Shown in pieces: positions 9,341 to 18,029 of a DNA stretch of 47,408 nucleotides. The DNA is from Nanobdellota archaeon. Lineage in GTDB: Archaea; Nanobdellota; Nanobdellia; Woesearchaeales; GW2011-AR9. A model generated the notes under the pieces. It saw only the letters and a program-made list of their open reading frames with translations, was not told the DNA's origin and made no database searches. Location of the stretch: positions 1 through 47,408 of the forward strand of contig JAUSJN010000054.1 of NCBI GenBank assembly GCA_030647325.1, in the 5' to 3' direction. Made by a program: the position numbers and the translations under genes. Each line of letters opens with the position of its first letter. Within the stretch, counting starts at the first letter, position 1.

Positions 9341-9575
9341 AGTACATTACTAAACTCAAAAGGGTTGGTCGCCCTTGATTAGTTATTTGGTCCGTACTCG
9401 GTCAGTTGAGTTTTGTACTTACTTTCTGTTTCTTGTAAGCTAATTTCTCATCCATAATTGGTCAGATTATGCACGACAAACTTGAGAATAGAACAGTAGA
9501 ACTAGTATATAATAATTTATGTACTAGAGAATATAGTTCTCAAACTGAGAACTATTAAAAAGGGTGGACACACAA
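9341..9575 (+). promoter_or_regulatory. Long structured region/leader upstream of ftsZ
   Basis: TTTAAATA box at about 9328; several hairpins including ATAGTTCTCA-aac-TGAGAACTAT (9533-9555); no ORF in the track. Confidence 0.5.
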
Positions 9576-9594
9576 AAAATTTGAGGTGGTAAGA

Positions 9595-10662
9595 ATGGAT
9601 TTTTTAGTTGAAAGGGCATTGCAAAACGCACCGGCAGAGGACGATTTTGCACATATGAGTCAAGCGAATATTAAGGTTATTGGAGTAGGCGGAGCCGGCA
9701 ACAACATGGTTGGCTGGTTATACAAAAAAGGAATAAAGGGAGCAGAAATTATCGCTACCAACACCGATCATCAGCACTTGCAGATAACAGGAGCTGACAA
9801 GAAATTTCTTATTGGTAGAGACTGCACTAGAGGACTTGGATGCGGCGGATTCCCTAACAAGGGAGCAGAAGCAGCTCAGGAATCCTTGATGGCATTGAAA
9901 GAAGCCCTGAAAAGCGCAGATATGGTTTTCGTTTGCGCAGGTATGGGCGGTGGGACAGGAACAGGAGCAGCTCCAGTAGTGGCGCAAGTCGCTAAGGATA
10001 CTGGCTCAATCGTCATCGGGACTGTCACTATGCCTTTCAATATCGAGCGCGCTAGGTGCGATAAGGCAGAATTCGGACTGCAGCAGTTGCGACAAGTCTC
10101 TGATACTGTTATCGTCATCGATAACAACAGGCTAGTGCAGATTGCTGGTAACTTACCGATCCAACAAGCTTTTGCTGTAGCTAACGAATTAGTAGCTACT
10201 ATGATCAAAGGTATCGTTGAGACTATCGCTGTACCTTCACTGGTCAATCTGGACTACGCAGACGTAAAAGCAATTATGTCTAACGGCGGAGTTGCAGCCA
10301 TCGGTGTAGGAAGCTCAGATACGAACAACCGCGTAGAAGAAGCAGTCAAGGGAGCTTTAAGCAATCCTTTGCTTGACATCAACTACGAAGGAGCTACCGG
10401 AGCTTTGATCCACGTCACAGGTGGACCAGACATGACTCTCGATGAAGTCAGCCGGATTGGTGAATTGGTGACTGAATCCTTAGATGATGACGCTAACGTT
10501 ATCTGGGGAGCTCGGGTTGCTGACGAAATGAAGGGCAAACTTACGGTGATGACCATCATCACTGGTGTCAACTCACCATGGATCTTGGGAAAGCTTGACA
10601 ACAGGCATTCACAACAACGGGCGAAGAGCTTAAGCAAAGAACTAGGCATAGAACTGGTTTAA
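9595..10662 (+). CDS. ftsZ: Cell division protein FtsZ (FtsZ2-like)
   Basis: GVGGAGNN and GGGTGTG; IDNNRL and PSLVNLDYAD fit the archaeal FtsZ2 clade. GAGGTG RBS favours ATG 9595 over GTG 9586. Confidence 0.96.
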   Translation: MDFLVERALQNAPAEDDFAHMSQANIKVIGVGGAGNNMVGWLYKKGIKGAEIIATNTDHQHLQITGADKKFLIGRDCTRGLGCGGFPNKGAEAAQESLMALKEALKSADMVFVCAGMGGGTGTGAAPVVAQVAKDTGSIVIGTVTMPFNIERARCDKAEFGLQQLRQVSDTVIVIDNNRLVQIAGNLPIQQAFAVANELVATMIKGIVETIAVPSLVNLDYADVKAIMSNGGVAAIGVGSSDTNNRVEEAVKGALSNPLLDINYEGATGALIHVTGGPDMTLDEVSRIGELVTESLDDDANVIWGARVADEMKGKLTVMTIITGVNSPWILGKLDNRHSQQRAKSLSKELGIELV

Positions 10663-10679
10663 GCAGTACGCAAGTAGAA

Positions 10680-10711
10680 GAAAAGGGGGGTGTCCACCCT
10701 CTTTTTTTTTT
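10680..10711 (+). terminator. Hairpin + poly-T terminator of ftsZ
   Basis: AAAAGGGGGGT-gtcc-ACCCTCTTTTTTTTTT directly after the stop. Confidence 0.75.
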
Positions 10712-10737
10712 AATTTCTTTCCGATCAACTCACGATC

Positions 10738-10814
10738 AAAAAAGAGATCTTGCCCTGCGTCTTTGTTCTTATCACCGCCCCTACGTGAAGACTTCCGCAG
10801 GGCATGATTTTTTT
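10738..10814. other. GC-rich stem-loop between convergent genes
   Basis: TGCCCTGC/GCAGGGCA plus GTCTT/AAGAC stems, flanked by A- and T-tracts. Confidence 0.55.
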
Positions 10815-10821
10815 ATTATTT

Positions 10822-11715
10822 TTATGGTAAAAAAGTATTTATCTTACTTTCTATGAGATTAACCAGTTTGACTCTGTCTGTAACTAAGAGATATATAATT
10901 AGTGTAACAATAATTACAAAAACGAGTGCCTTTGAATATTTGTTTAGAAAATCTAAACAATTAGTACTAGAGGAGATTATTCTACTTAAAAATTTATGAT
11001 GATTGTCCTTATAATGTAAATCAACTAGGAACTGAAAAAATGAAGTTTCTTTTTTTACACCCATTACAGCTTGAACATATTCAATATTTTCCAGATATCC
11101 TTGTTTCTCCTTTAGTTTATCATTGAATTCTAAGATAATGTACTTAATCTGAGAATAAGATCTTTTATCAATTATGCTTCCGAGTTTGTCAAAAAATTCT
11201 TGAAAGTCTTTGTTGCTAACATCAATATTAAGTTCGCTAACTATCCTCCTTAAAAAAGGAGAAAGAACTTTAATTTCATCTTCTTTATAATAAAAACCAC
11301 CAATATTTCTTATTAAATTATTTATGTGTTTTTTTGTTTCGTTAATTTCTTTTGATTTTCTTATTTTAAAGATTGCAAATCTAATTAAGGCTTCTTTACT
11401 TAAAAAACCACTCGGAATAAAAATATAAAAAACTAAGACCAAGAACATACCTAATAAAAAGAAAAAGAGTAGAATAAATTTTATCCAAAGACTAGACCAA
11501 CTGATAAATATCCCTATTCCCATTAATATTGTTAAAGTGAGAAGAATGGGGAATAAAATAATCAAAAATAGAGTAATTAAAAAAAGGATTAACTTAAAAT
11601 AGTTATAATTATTGATATTCGCCTTTCGCCATACTTTATCTAAAAACTTAATAGTTCTATCTTTTTCTGAAATTTTATCTAATATAGAAGAAATTAATTC
11701 TGTAAACCAGGTCAT
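10822..11715 (-). CDS. AT-rich hypothetical membrane protein
   Basis: 297 aa, about 3 TM segments; composition clearly more AT-rich than flanks. Confidence 0.65.
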   Translation of the reverse strand: MTWFTELISSILDKISEKDRTIKFLDKVWRKANINNYNYFKLILFLITLFLIILFPILLTLTILMGIGIFISWSSLWIKFILLFFFLLGMFLVLVFYIFIPSGFLSKEALIRFAIFKIRKSKEINETKKHINNLIRNIGGFYYKEDEIKVLSPFLRRIVSELNIDVSNKDFQEFFDKLGSIIDKRSYSQIKYIILEFNDKLKEKQGYLENIEYVQAVMGVKKETSFFQFLVDLHYKDNHHKFLSRIISSSTNCLDFLNKYSKALVFVIIVTLIIYLLVTDRVKLVNLIESKINTFLP

Positions 11716-11922
11716 TGTTTAAATAGTGGTGTTTTTTATTTATAATTCTTTCCTGGCGAAAAAAAGGAAAATTGACTTAGTGAACTTTCATAAGAAAATT
11801 TATGGGTTCTTTGAAGAAGAGAAGAATGTATCGCACGCAGATCAACAAAATTATTTGAATTTACTTGAATAAGAAAATACCAACAAAAACGTTTAAATAA
11901 CCAAACCTTCTTCTCAAGGCGT

Positions 11923-13377
11923 ATGTCGTCCAAGAAAAGCACCTTAGGGATCACTGTAAAAAAAGACCAGGATTTCTCTGAATGGTACACCCAGCTTCTG
12001 CAAAAAGCAGAATTGATAGAATACTCTGCCGTTTCCGGCTGTTACATCCTGCGTCCTAATGCCTATCACATCTGGGAAAAAGTGCAGGAATTCCTTGACA
12101 GATTGATCAAAGCTGATGGAGTGAAAAATGCCTATTTCCCTTTACTTATCCCGGAAAGCCTGTTAGCCAAAGAAGAAAAACATATCCAGGGATTTGCTGC
12201 AGAAGTCGCCTGGGTGGAATCAGGAGGACATTCTAAATTACCTGAACGGCTGGCTATCCGTCCGACTTCAGAAACTATCATCAATGACACCTATGCCAAA
12301 TGGATCCGTTCGCATCAGGATTTACCCTTGCGATTGAACCAATGGTGCAATGTGGTACGCTGGGAATTCAAACATCCTGTCCCTTTCCTCAGAAGCAGAG
12401 AATTCCTCTGGCAGGAAGGCCATACTGCTTTTGCTACCAAAGAAGAAGCGGTGAAAGAGACCTACACGATTTTAGATTTCTATGAAAGAGTGTTTACCGA
12501 ATTATGTGCCCTTCCAGTTCTGAAAGGAAGGAAAGCAAAAACAGAGACCTTCGCCGGAGCAGATTATTCGCTTTCTTTAGAAGTATTTTTGCCTAACGGC
12601 AAAGCCATCCAGGGCTGCACCTCCCATCATCTCGGGCAAAATTTTGCCAAGGCTTTCAACATCACTTTTCAAGATGAGAAACAGCAATCACAATATGTCT
12701 GGCAGAATTCCTGGGGTCTTGCCACGCGTCTGCTGGGGATCATGATCATGATGCATTCTGATGATAAAGGATTGGTGTTACCGCCAAGACTAGCCTTGAC
12801 CCAAGCAGTGATCATCCCTATCCTATTTGATGATTCTCGAGTTAAGGTCTTGAAAGAGGCGCAGAAAATAAAATCGGCCTTGGAAAAGAAAGGCATCTCA
12901 GTACATCTTGATGATCGTGAGGGTTATTCTCCGGGCTGGAAGTTCAATGAGTGGGAGATGAAAGGTGTTCCAGTGAGGATTGAATTAGGTCCAAAAGATC
13001 TTGAAAAGAGACAAGCTATGGTAGCGCGTCGGGATACCGGAGAGAAACAAGCTCTCTCTCTGGCTGGTGTAGATGCTAAAATAAAACTATTGCTGGAACA
13101 GATGCAGCAGGACTTGCATGTAAAGGCTGAAAAATTCCTCCAACAAAGTATCGTCAAAGCAGAAAACCTGAAAGATGCAGAGAAAGCAGTAAGTGCAGGA
13201 AAGATTGCTTTCGTACCCTGGTGCGGAACTGAAAAATGCGAAGAAAAGTGGAAGGAGCGTACTAACGCTAAATCATTGAATTCTCCATTAGAGCAACCGA
13301 AGATGAAAAGTGGCCAGTTATGTTTTGCTTGCAAAGAAAAAGCTAATTCTTGGTTTTATATCGGAAAGAGTTATTGA
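11923..13377 (+). CDS. proS: Proline--tRNA ligase (archaeal/eukaryotic type)
   Basis: FSEWY, RPTSET, VRWE..PFLRSREFLWQEGH, QNSWG and C-terminal Cys domain ending in Y; TTTAAATA at 11892 suggests leaderless mRNA. Confidence 0.97.
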   Translation: MSSKKSTLGITVKKDQDFSEWYTQLLQKAELIEYSAVSGCYILRPNAYHIWEKVQEFLDRLIKADGVKNAYFPLLIPESLLAKEEKHIQGFAAEVAWVESGGHSKLPERLAIRPTSETIINDTYAKWIRSHQDLPLRLNQWCNVVRWEFKHPVPFLRSREFLWQEGHTAFATKEEAVKETYTILDFYERVFTELCALPVLKGRKAKTETFAGADYSLSLEVFLPNGKAIQGCTSHHLGQNFAKAFNITFQDEKQQSQYVWQNSWGLATRLLGIMIMMHSDDKGLVLPPRLALTQAVIIPILFDDSRVKVLKEAQKIKSALEKKGISVHLDDREGYSPGWKFNEWEMKGVPVRIELGPKDLEKRQAMVARRDTGEKQALSLAGVDAKIKLLLEQMQQDLHVKAEKFLQQSIVKAENLKDAEKAVSAGKIAFVPWCGTEKCEEKWKERTNAKSLNSPLEQPKMKSGQLCFACKEKANSWFYIGKSY

Positions 13378-13895
13378 TAGGATTTAAGCAGATCATCTGC
13401 TAAAGAACTCAGGTGAGAAGAGTGAGAAAGATTTTTTACATAATGAATTTTATCTGCTTTGTATAATGCCAATATGCCCCCAATATGAGCTACATCTTCT
13501 TCATTATCATATTTCATGAATGGATCTAATAAAAATCTCTCTGCACGTAAGGCCTGAACAAGGCGATGGCCAAGCCCTAGATGTATCAAGGCATGGGTCG
13601 CTTCATGACCTAAAACCAGCAAGTTTGTAATAATATCAACATCCCTTATAAAAATCGTGGAAAACTTTTCTTTCTCTAATTTACCACGTGCACATATCCC
13701 GTATACTCTTGGTCCATACTGCTCGTTTTTATGAGGAAAACTCAATTGCTGGAATACCTTTTCTGTATGAGTTGTTAGATCACTGACTATGCCATCATTC
13801 CTGAAATATTGGTTTGAGTTAAGTTGGATGGTTAGGTCTAATCCAGGTAAGGTAATCTCTCCAGTTTGATAGCCTAATGCTTTGAAATCAGTCAT
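13371..13895 (-). CDS. Hypothetical protein with HExxH (zincin-like) motif
   Basis: VLGHEATHALIH plus downstream EEDVA. Confidence 0.6.
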   Translation of the reverse strand: MTDFKALGYQTGEITLPGLDLTIQLNSNQYFRNDGIVSDLTTHTEKVFQQLSFPHKNEQYGPRVYGICARGKLEKEKFSTIFIRDVDIITNLLVLGHEATHALIHLGLGHRLVQALRAERFLLDPFMKYDNEEDVAHIGGILALYKADKIHYVKNLSHSSHLSSLADDLLKSYQ

Positions 13896-13901
13896 TGTAG
13901 A

Positions 13902-14378
13902 TTATTGATATCTATATACTGTAACTTTTCCAGTCGCACAATCAAGGTGAACTTCGCGCCCGATGGGGACGATGCCGGTATCTTCTCCAACGATAGGAAT
14001 TTTTAATTCTCCCAGTCTTTTTCTGATCATTGCGGAAATCCCGATCTCTCCCTGGCTTTCTCCCGCCAGCGTGGCTTCTAGATCTGCATAGTCTTTGGTG
14101 ATTGCTGATGCTAAAGTATCCACAACATTTCTATGATACATACAAGAGGGGATTTCATCTCTCTGTCCCTGAGTCAAATGAGCTAAAGCTCCCTTGCCCA
14201 GCTGCGCTGAATATACGGTTACTGCAAGGCAGGGTCCCAGGCCAGGAGTCCATAACATAGTGCCGTCTATCCCGATCTTGTACTCATCCCAGTCTACATA
14301 CGTTCCAGAATCGCATGGGCGGCTTTCTGGAAACCCTTCTATGATCTCAAATTCGGCCATAAGCTCTGATTCTCTCAA
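13902..14378 (-). CDS. CheD-like glutamine deamidase
   Basis: TPGLGPCLAVTVY...GALAHL and IPIVGEDTG...GREV.LD..TGKV match the CheD pattern with Cys and His retained; TTG start uncertain. Confidence 0.75.
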   Translation of the reverse strand: MRESELMAEFEIIEGFPESRPCDSGTYVDWDEYKIGIDGTMLWTPGLGPCLAVTVYSAQLGKGALAHLTQGQRDEIPSCMYHRNVVDTLASAITKDYADLEATLAGESQGEIGISAMIRKRLGELKIPIVGEDTGIVPIGREVHLDCATGKVTVYRYQ

Positions 14379-14431
14379 TTTTATATAAATCTTACTAGTA
14401 GTTACTGATTAGTGGTAAAATGGACAAAAGG

Positions 14432-14439
14432 TTTATAAA
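14432..14439 (+). promoter_or_regulatory. Archaeal TATA box with upstream purine-rich BRE
   Basis: CAAAAGG-TTTATAAA upstream of the 14487 gene run. Confidence 0.6.
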
Positions 14440-14486
14440 TCACTAATAGATTTTAATAGGAACTATGGGATTAAAGGAGGAAAAAA

Positions 14487-15014
14487 ATGAACAAAAAATC
14501 TACGCCAGAAATATACGAGAAGACACGAGTTTACGCACAATCAGATGAAATTCCATTGTTGCAGGCTTATTTAGAAGAATGTCTGCGAAAAACCATAGAA
14601 ACCGTGCAGGATCATAGGATCTTAAGGCTTCAGGCTTTTAAAAGGCAGTACGAGCCCTTCCGAGCGGAAGTAGAAGCTCTTGCTGCTAAATCGAGAATTG
14701 AAAAGATTTTAGAAGCGGCAATCGCAAACAACGAAGCTGAGGCAGATAAACAGTATGGATACTTACTTACTTCAATAAGTTCTGCTGCACCGCTTCATCC
14801 TCAATTTAAAGAGACCATTGCCCCTGCCTATAGAAAGCTGGATGAAGTCTTAGAAGCGGTAGAAAAAGCAATACATTCTGATAACGCCAAGCTTGCTTTA
14901 ACCCTATGTAAGGTAGGTGATTACCTCGCTTACAAAAGTGGAGCGGCATCGGAAGTAAAACAATCAATTGAAGAAAAAAAAGATAGAGCACTATTGAAGT
15001 ATCTTCGGGCTTAA
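14487..15014 (+). CDS. Hypothetical alpha-helical protein
   Basis: 175 aa ORF with strong AGGAGG RBS. Confidence 0.75.
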   Translation: MNKKSTPEIYEKTRVYAQSDEIPLLQAYLEECLRKTIETVQDHRILRLQAFKRQYEPFRAEVEALAAKSRIEKILEAAIANNEAEADKQYGYLLTSISSAAPLHPQFKETIAPAYRKLDEVLEAVEKAIHSDNAKLALTLCKVGDYLAYKSGAASEVKQSIEEKKDRALLKYLRA

Positions 15015-15015
15015 G

Positions 15016-15159
15016 ATGAGACTGACCGTAAGTTTTTCCTTGAATGAAGAGACTCTCGCCAAGATGCGAGAACGGCTTAGAAACGGCAATAGCTACCGCA
15101 ATAAATCCCATTTAGTGGAATGCGCGATAGAGAAGTTTCTGGGAGAAGAAAATGTATAG
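15016..15159 (+). CDS. Ribbon-helix-helix (CopG/Arc/MetJ-like) protein
   Basis: Below ORF-track cutoff: MRLTVSFSLNEETLAKMRERLRNGNSYRNKSHLVECAIEKFLGEENV*. Beta strand followed by two helices with the NKS..V..AI..FL pattern; fills the gap between neighbours exactly. Confidence 0.85.
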   Translation: MRLTVSFSLNEETLAKMRERLRNGNSYRNKSHLVECAIEKFLGEENV

Positions 15160-15883
15160 AAATAATGAATTAGGAAATGTACTTCGTGAGCAGCATGAAG
15201 AAGCGAAAGCTACCTTGGAAGAGATGGCGGAAGAAAGAATGAATGTAAATTCTGATAGCAGTGAAAAAATAGGCGATGCTTTAGAAACAATGGGATTTGA
15301 GAAGAAAGAATTAGGTCAAGTTATAATGAGGGTGATCTTAAGTTCACATCGTGTTCAGGTTTATGTACGTCAAAAAAACGACATTACTGAAATTCTATTC
15401 GATGATTTATCAATACTGGGTAAAAGTTTATATCAGATTCCAGCAGGACAAAATGTTCAGGAATGGTATAATTCTATTCCAGATCTGGATGAGTGGAAAA
15501 AAAAATATTACTCCAGGATAGGTACCATGGGCTTATCTACAATGATGGGAGGTGCGCTTATAGGTTCATTATTGGGTTATTTTATTGCTGGAGAAGCTGG
15601 AGCTCTTTTAGGTAGCGTTGTTTTACTCTCAATTGTAGGTGGTGGAGCTTTAGTCTACCGAGGTAAAAAACATCCTCTATACAACCAACTCATCGCTTCA
15701 GGACCAGATGCTTTACGCTACATCGCTAACAATACTGAATACGAAGCTCCTCAATTGCGAATCGCAACAAAGTCTAGAATAATCGATGCTGAATTTACAG
15801 ATGAAAATGCTGAAGCAGAACAATACCAAGAACAAGTAAGAGAAACATTGGCTATTGAAGAAACTGAAAAGCAAGAAAAATAA
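15152..15883 (+). CDS. Membrane protein with Gly-rich two-helix hairpin
   Basis: MMGGALIGSLLGYFIAGEAGALLGSVVLLSIVGGGALVY; overlaps the RHH stop. Confidence 0.75.
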   Translation: MYRNNELGNVLREQHEEAKATLEEMAEERMNVNSDSSEKIGDALETMGFEKKELGQVIMRVILSSHRVQVYVRQKNDITEILFDDLSILGKSLYQIPAGQNVQEWYNSIPDLDEWKKKYYSRIGTMGLSTMMGGALIGSLLGYFIAGEAGALLGSVVLLSIVGGGALVYRGKKHPLYNQLIASGPDALRYIANNTEYEAPQLRIATKSRIIDAEFTDENAEAEQYQEQVRETLAIEETEKQEK

Positions 15884-15894
15884 ATAAATCTAAA

Positions 15895-16890
15895 ATGATC
15901 TCAGATACACTAAAAACAGGAGAAGGACCTTTACATGATTTTGATGTAGCTGATGCTACGCCTTCTACAAGGAGATTTTTAGAAGAGGCTATCACCCAGG
16001 TTAATATCCATAGTCGGCCGACCATTGACATGCATCCTGCAAAATATAAAGAAAGAGTTGGCCTCGAATCTATGATCAGGGCTTTAGAAAAAAATAGTTA
16101 TGAGTTCATGAAGGTACTGCATAATTCTAAACGAAATAAAGTCTTCCTAGTCGAAGAATCAAAAAGTGGAGAGCGAAAAGCAGCAAAATGGTTCAACCAG
16201 GCAGAACATTACTTCAAAGAGAAAGAAGCTCAGGAAATTTTGCTCGGGTATGACAGGCATAATAATATTCTGCTTGCCGATAGATTTATCGATGAAGACC
16301 GGCTCATAATCTCACCCCATGCCGCGCGCGGAAATCTAGGCGAATTACAGAAAAAAGGCAGATTAACTTTGCCGCAAGTGGAAGTTGTTGCTGCTCATGT
16401 CTTAGATGCCCTGCAATATCTTCATGACCATAATCTTATTCATCGTGATGTTAAACTCTCGAATATAGTGTTGGACATCGGAGTTTTTGGTTTAGAGACT
16501 TTCCAGCTGATTGATTATGAATTCACCCAGTACGTAGAGTTTCCTATAAGCAAAAATGAAACAGAAGGCATGGTAATCGGCACTCCGCACTATATGGCAC
16601 CTGAAATATATAGGGGCAAGAATGCTGATTTGCGTAGTGATCTTTATGCAGCTGGTGTTACTTTCTATCACTGCTTAACCGGGCATTTTCCTTTTGACGG
16701 GGCTACGGATCTAGAACTATTTCGTAACCATATCAACAAGCCGGTTCCAGATATACGGCAGCACAACCCAGAAATGTCTCTAGCTTTTGAAGAAGTATTT
16801 TACAGAGCTCTCGCTAAAAATCCTGCTGACCGATATCAAAGCGCGGTGGAATTTAAGCGAACTCTTTTAGAAGCAGCGAGAAGAAAATGA
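15895..16890 (+). CDS. Hanks-type Ser/Thr protein kinase (PknB-like catalytic domain)
   Basis: AAK, IHRDVKLSN, GTPHYMAPE, SDLYAAG, TGHFPF and LAKNPADRY; DFG reads DYE. Confidence 0.93.
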   Translation: MISDTLKTGEGPLHDFDVADATPSTRRFLEEAITQVNIHSRPTIDMHPAKYKERVGLESMIRALEKNSYEFMKVLHNSKRNKVFLVEESKSGERKAAKWFNQAEHYFKEKEAQEILLGYDRHNNILLADRFIDEDRLIISPHAARGNLGELQKKGRLTLPQVEVVAAHVLDALQYLHDHNLIHRDVKLSNIVLDIGVFGLETFQLIDYEFTQYVEFPISKNETEGMVIGTPHYMAPEIYRGKNADLRSDLYAAGVTFYHCLTGHFPFDGATDLELFRNHINKPVPDIRQHNPEMSLAFEEVFYRALAKNPADRYQSAVEFKRTLLEAARRK

Positions 16891-18029
16891 AAAAAGAAAT
16901 AATCATCCTGGGAGATATTGAGATGGGCGGCGGGACGCTCACTGACGACTTTATCAGTGATAAGGCTCTTTCCAAACTTATCTACTCGCTCTGCAACAAA
17001 AATATCCCTGTAGATCTAATCCTTAATGGCGATACTTTTGACTTCCTGAAATGCCCGTATATAGTGAACAATGCTGCATCCTATCCTCGGCACATCACCA
17101 GCGAAGTTTCTTTGGCTAAATTCAGATTGATCTACAATGCCCATACTTCCGTCTTTGAAGCATTGAAAAGATTCGCACAGGAAAAGAAAAACAGGATCTT
17201 CTTCATCGTAGGCAATCACGATGCTGATTTAGTTCATCCTGAAATCCAGGAAAACATTAAATTAGTTTTGAAAAGTTCAGGGAATATTATCTTTTCTTTC
17301 TACTACAATGAGCATAGTGTTCATACTGAACACGGCCATCAGTACGATTTCCTGAATAAAGTCAATGAAGAGCATCTCTTCCTCAATTACCAAGGACAGA
17401 AGATACTGAACATCCCTTGGGTCTCACTGGGCCTGATCAGCAAATTTATGTCCCTGAAAGAACAGTATCCCATGCTGGAACGCATCACTCCTCGTCCGGC
17501 GATGTTCTCGCATCATAAGTCGGTGGAGAAGGTAATAACCCGGCATAGCCTCATGTATCTGCTGAAGAGCCTTGCCTACTACCCGATACGATATTATTCC
17601 GATCCGACTTATACTTTTCCACGTGAACTGATCAGGGAATTTTACCGTCGCTTGAAAAATGTACACTGGGACATAGATGAGATCGTCACTGTTTTCAAGA
17701 AGAAAAGGAAAAGAAAACTTCACCGCAATAAGATCTACATCTTTGGACACGTGCACAAGCGCCATCTGGAGCAGCATGGCGCCATAACTATCATCCATCC
17801 TGATACCTGGCGGGATGAATATTTCCTGGACACTCAGACCAGGCAACTTACTTCCAAGTCAAAAAGATATGTGCGCATCATGGTAGAACGAGACCAGAGC
17901 CTGCGCTGGGAACTTATCGACATACGCCCTTCCCGCAGCATCCTGCACTTTGATGACGTCATCCGTGATGAGCAGAAGTATGTGCGCGTAGCTGCACAAG
18001 AAGAAGGTTATGAGGCGAAGGCATTATGA
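16887..18029 (+). CDS. Calcineurin-like metallophosphoesterase
   Basis: GD, LNGDTFD, GNHD, HGHQYD and FGHVH motifs; ATGA overlap with the kinase. Confidence 0.88.
   Translation: MKKEIIILGDIEMGGGTLTDDFISDKALSKLIYSLCNKNIPVDLILNGDTFDFLKCPYIVNNAASYPRHITSEVSLAKFRLIYNAHTSVFEALKRFAQEKKNRIFFIVGNHDADLVHPEIQENIKLVLKSSGNIIFSFYYNEHSVHTEHGHQYDFLNKVNEEHLFLNYQGQKILNIPWVSLGLISKFMSLKEQYPMLERITPRPAMFSHHKSVEKVITRHSLMYLLKSLAYYPIRYYSDPTYTFPRELIREFYRRLKNVHWDIDEIVTVFKKKRKRKLHRNKIYIFGHVHKRHLEQHGAITIIHPDTWRDEYFLDTQTRQLTSKSKRYVRIMVERDQSLRWELIDIRPSRSILHFDDVIRDEQKYVRVAAQEEGYEAKAL

Noticed and set aside
11726..11873. Short + strand frame (VVFFIYNSFLAKKRKIDLVNFHKKIYGFFEEE...)
   Set aside because: No RBS or recognisable motif; it could be a gene remnant but this cannot be supported.
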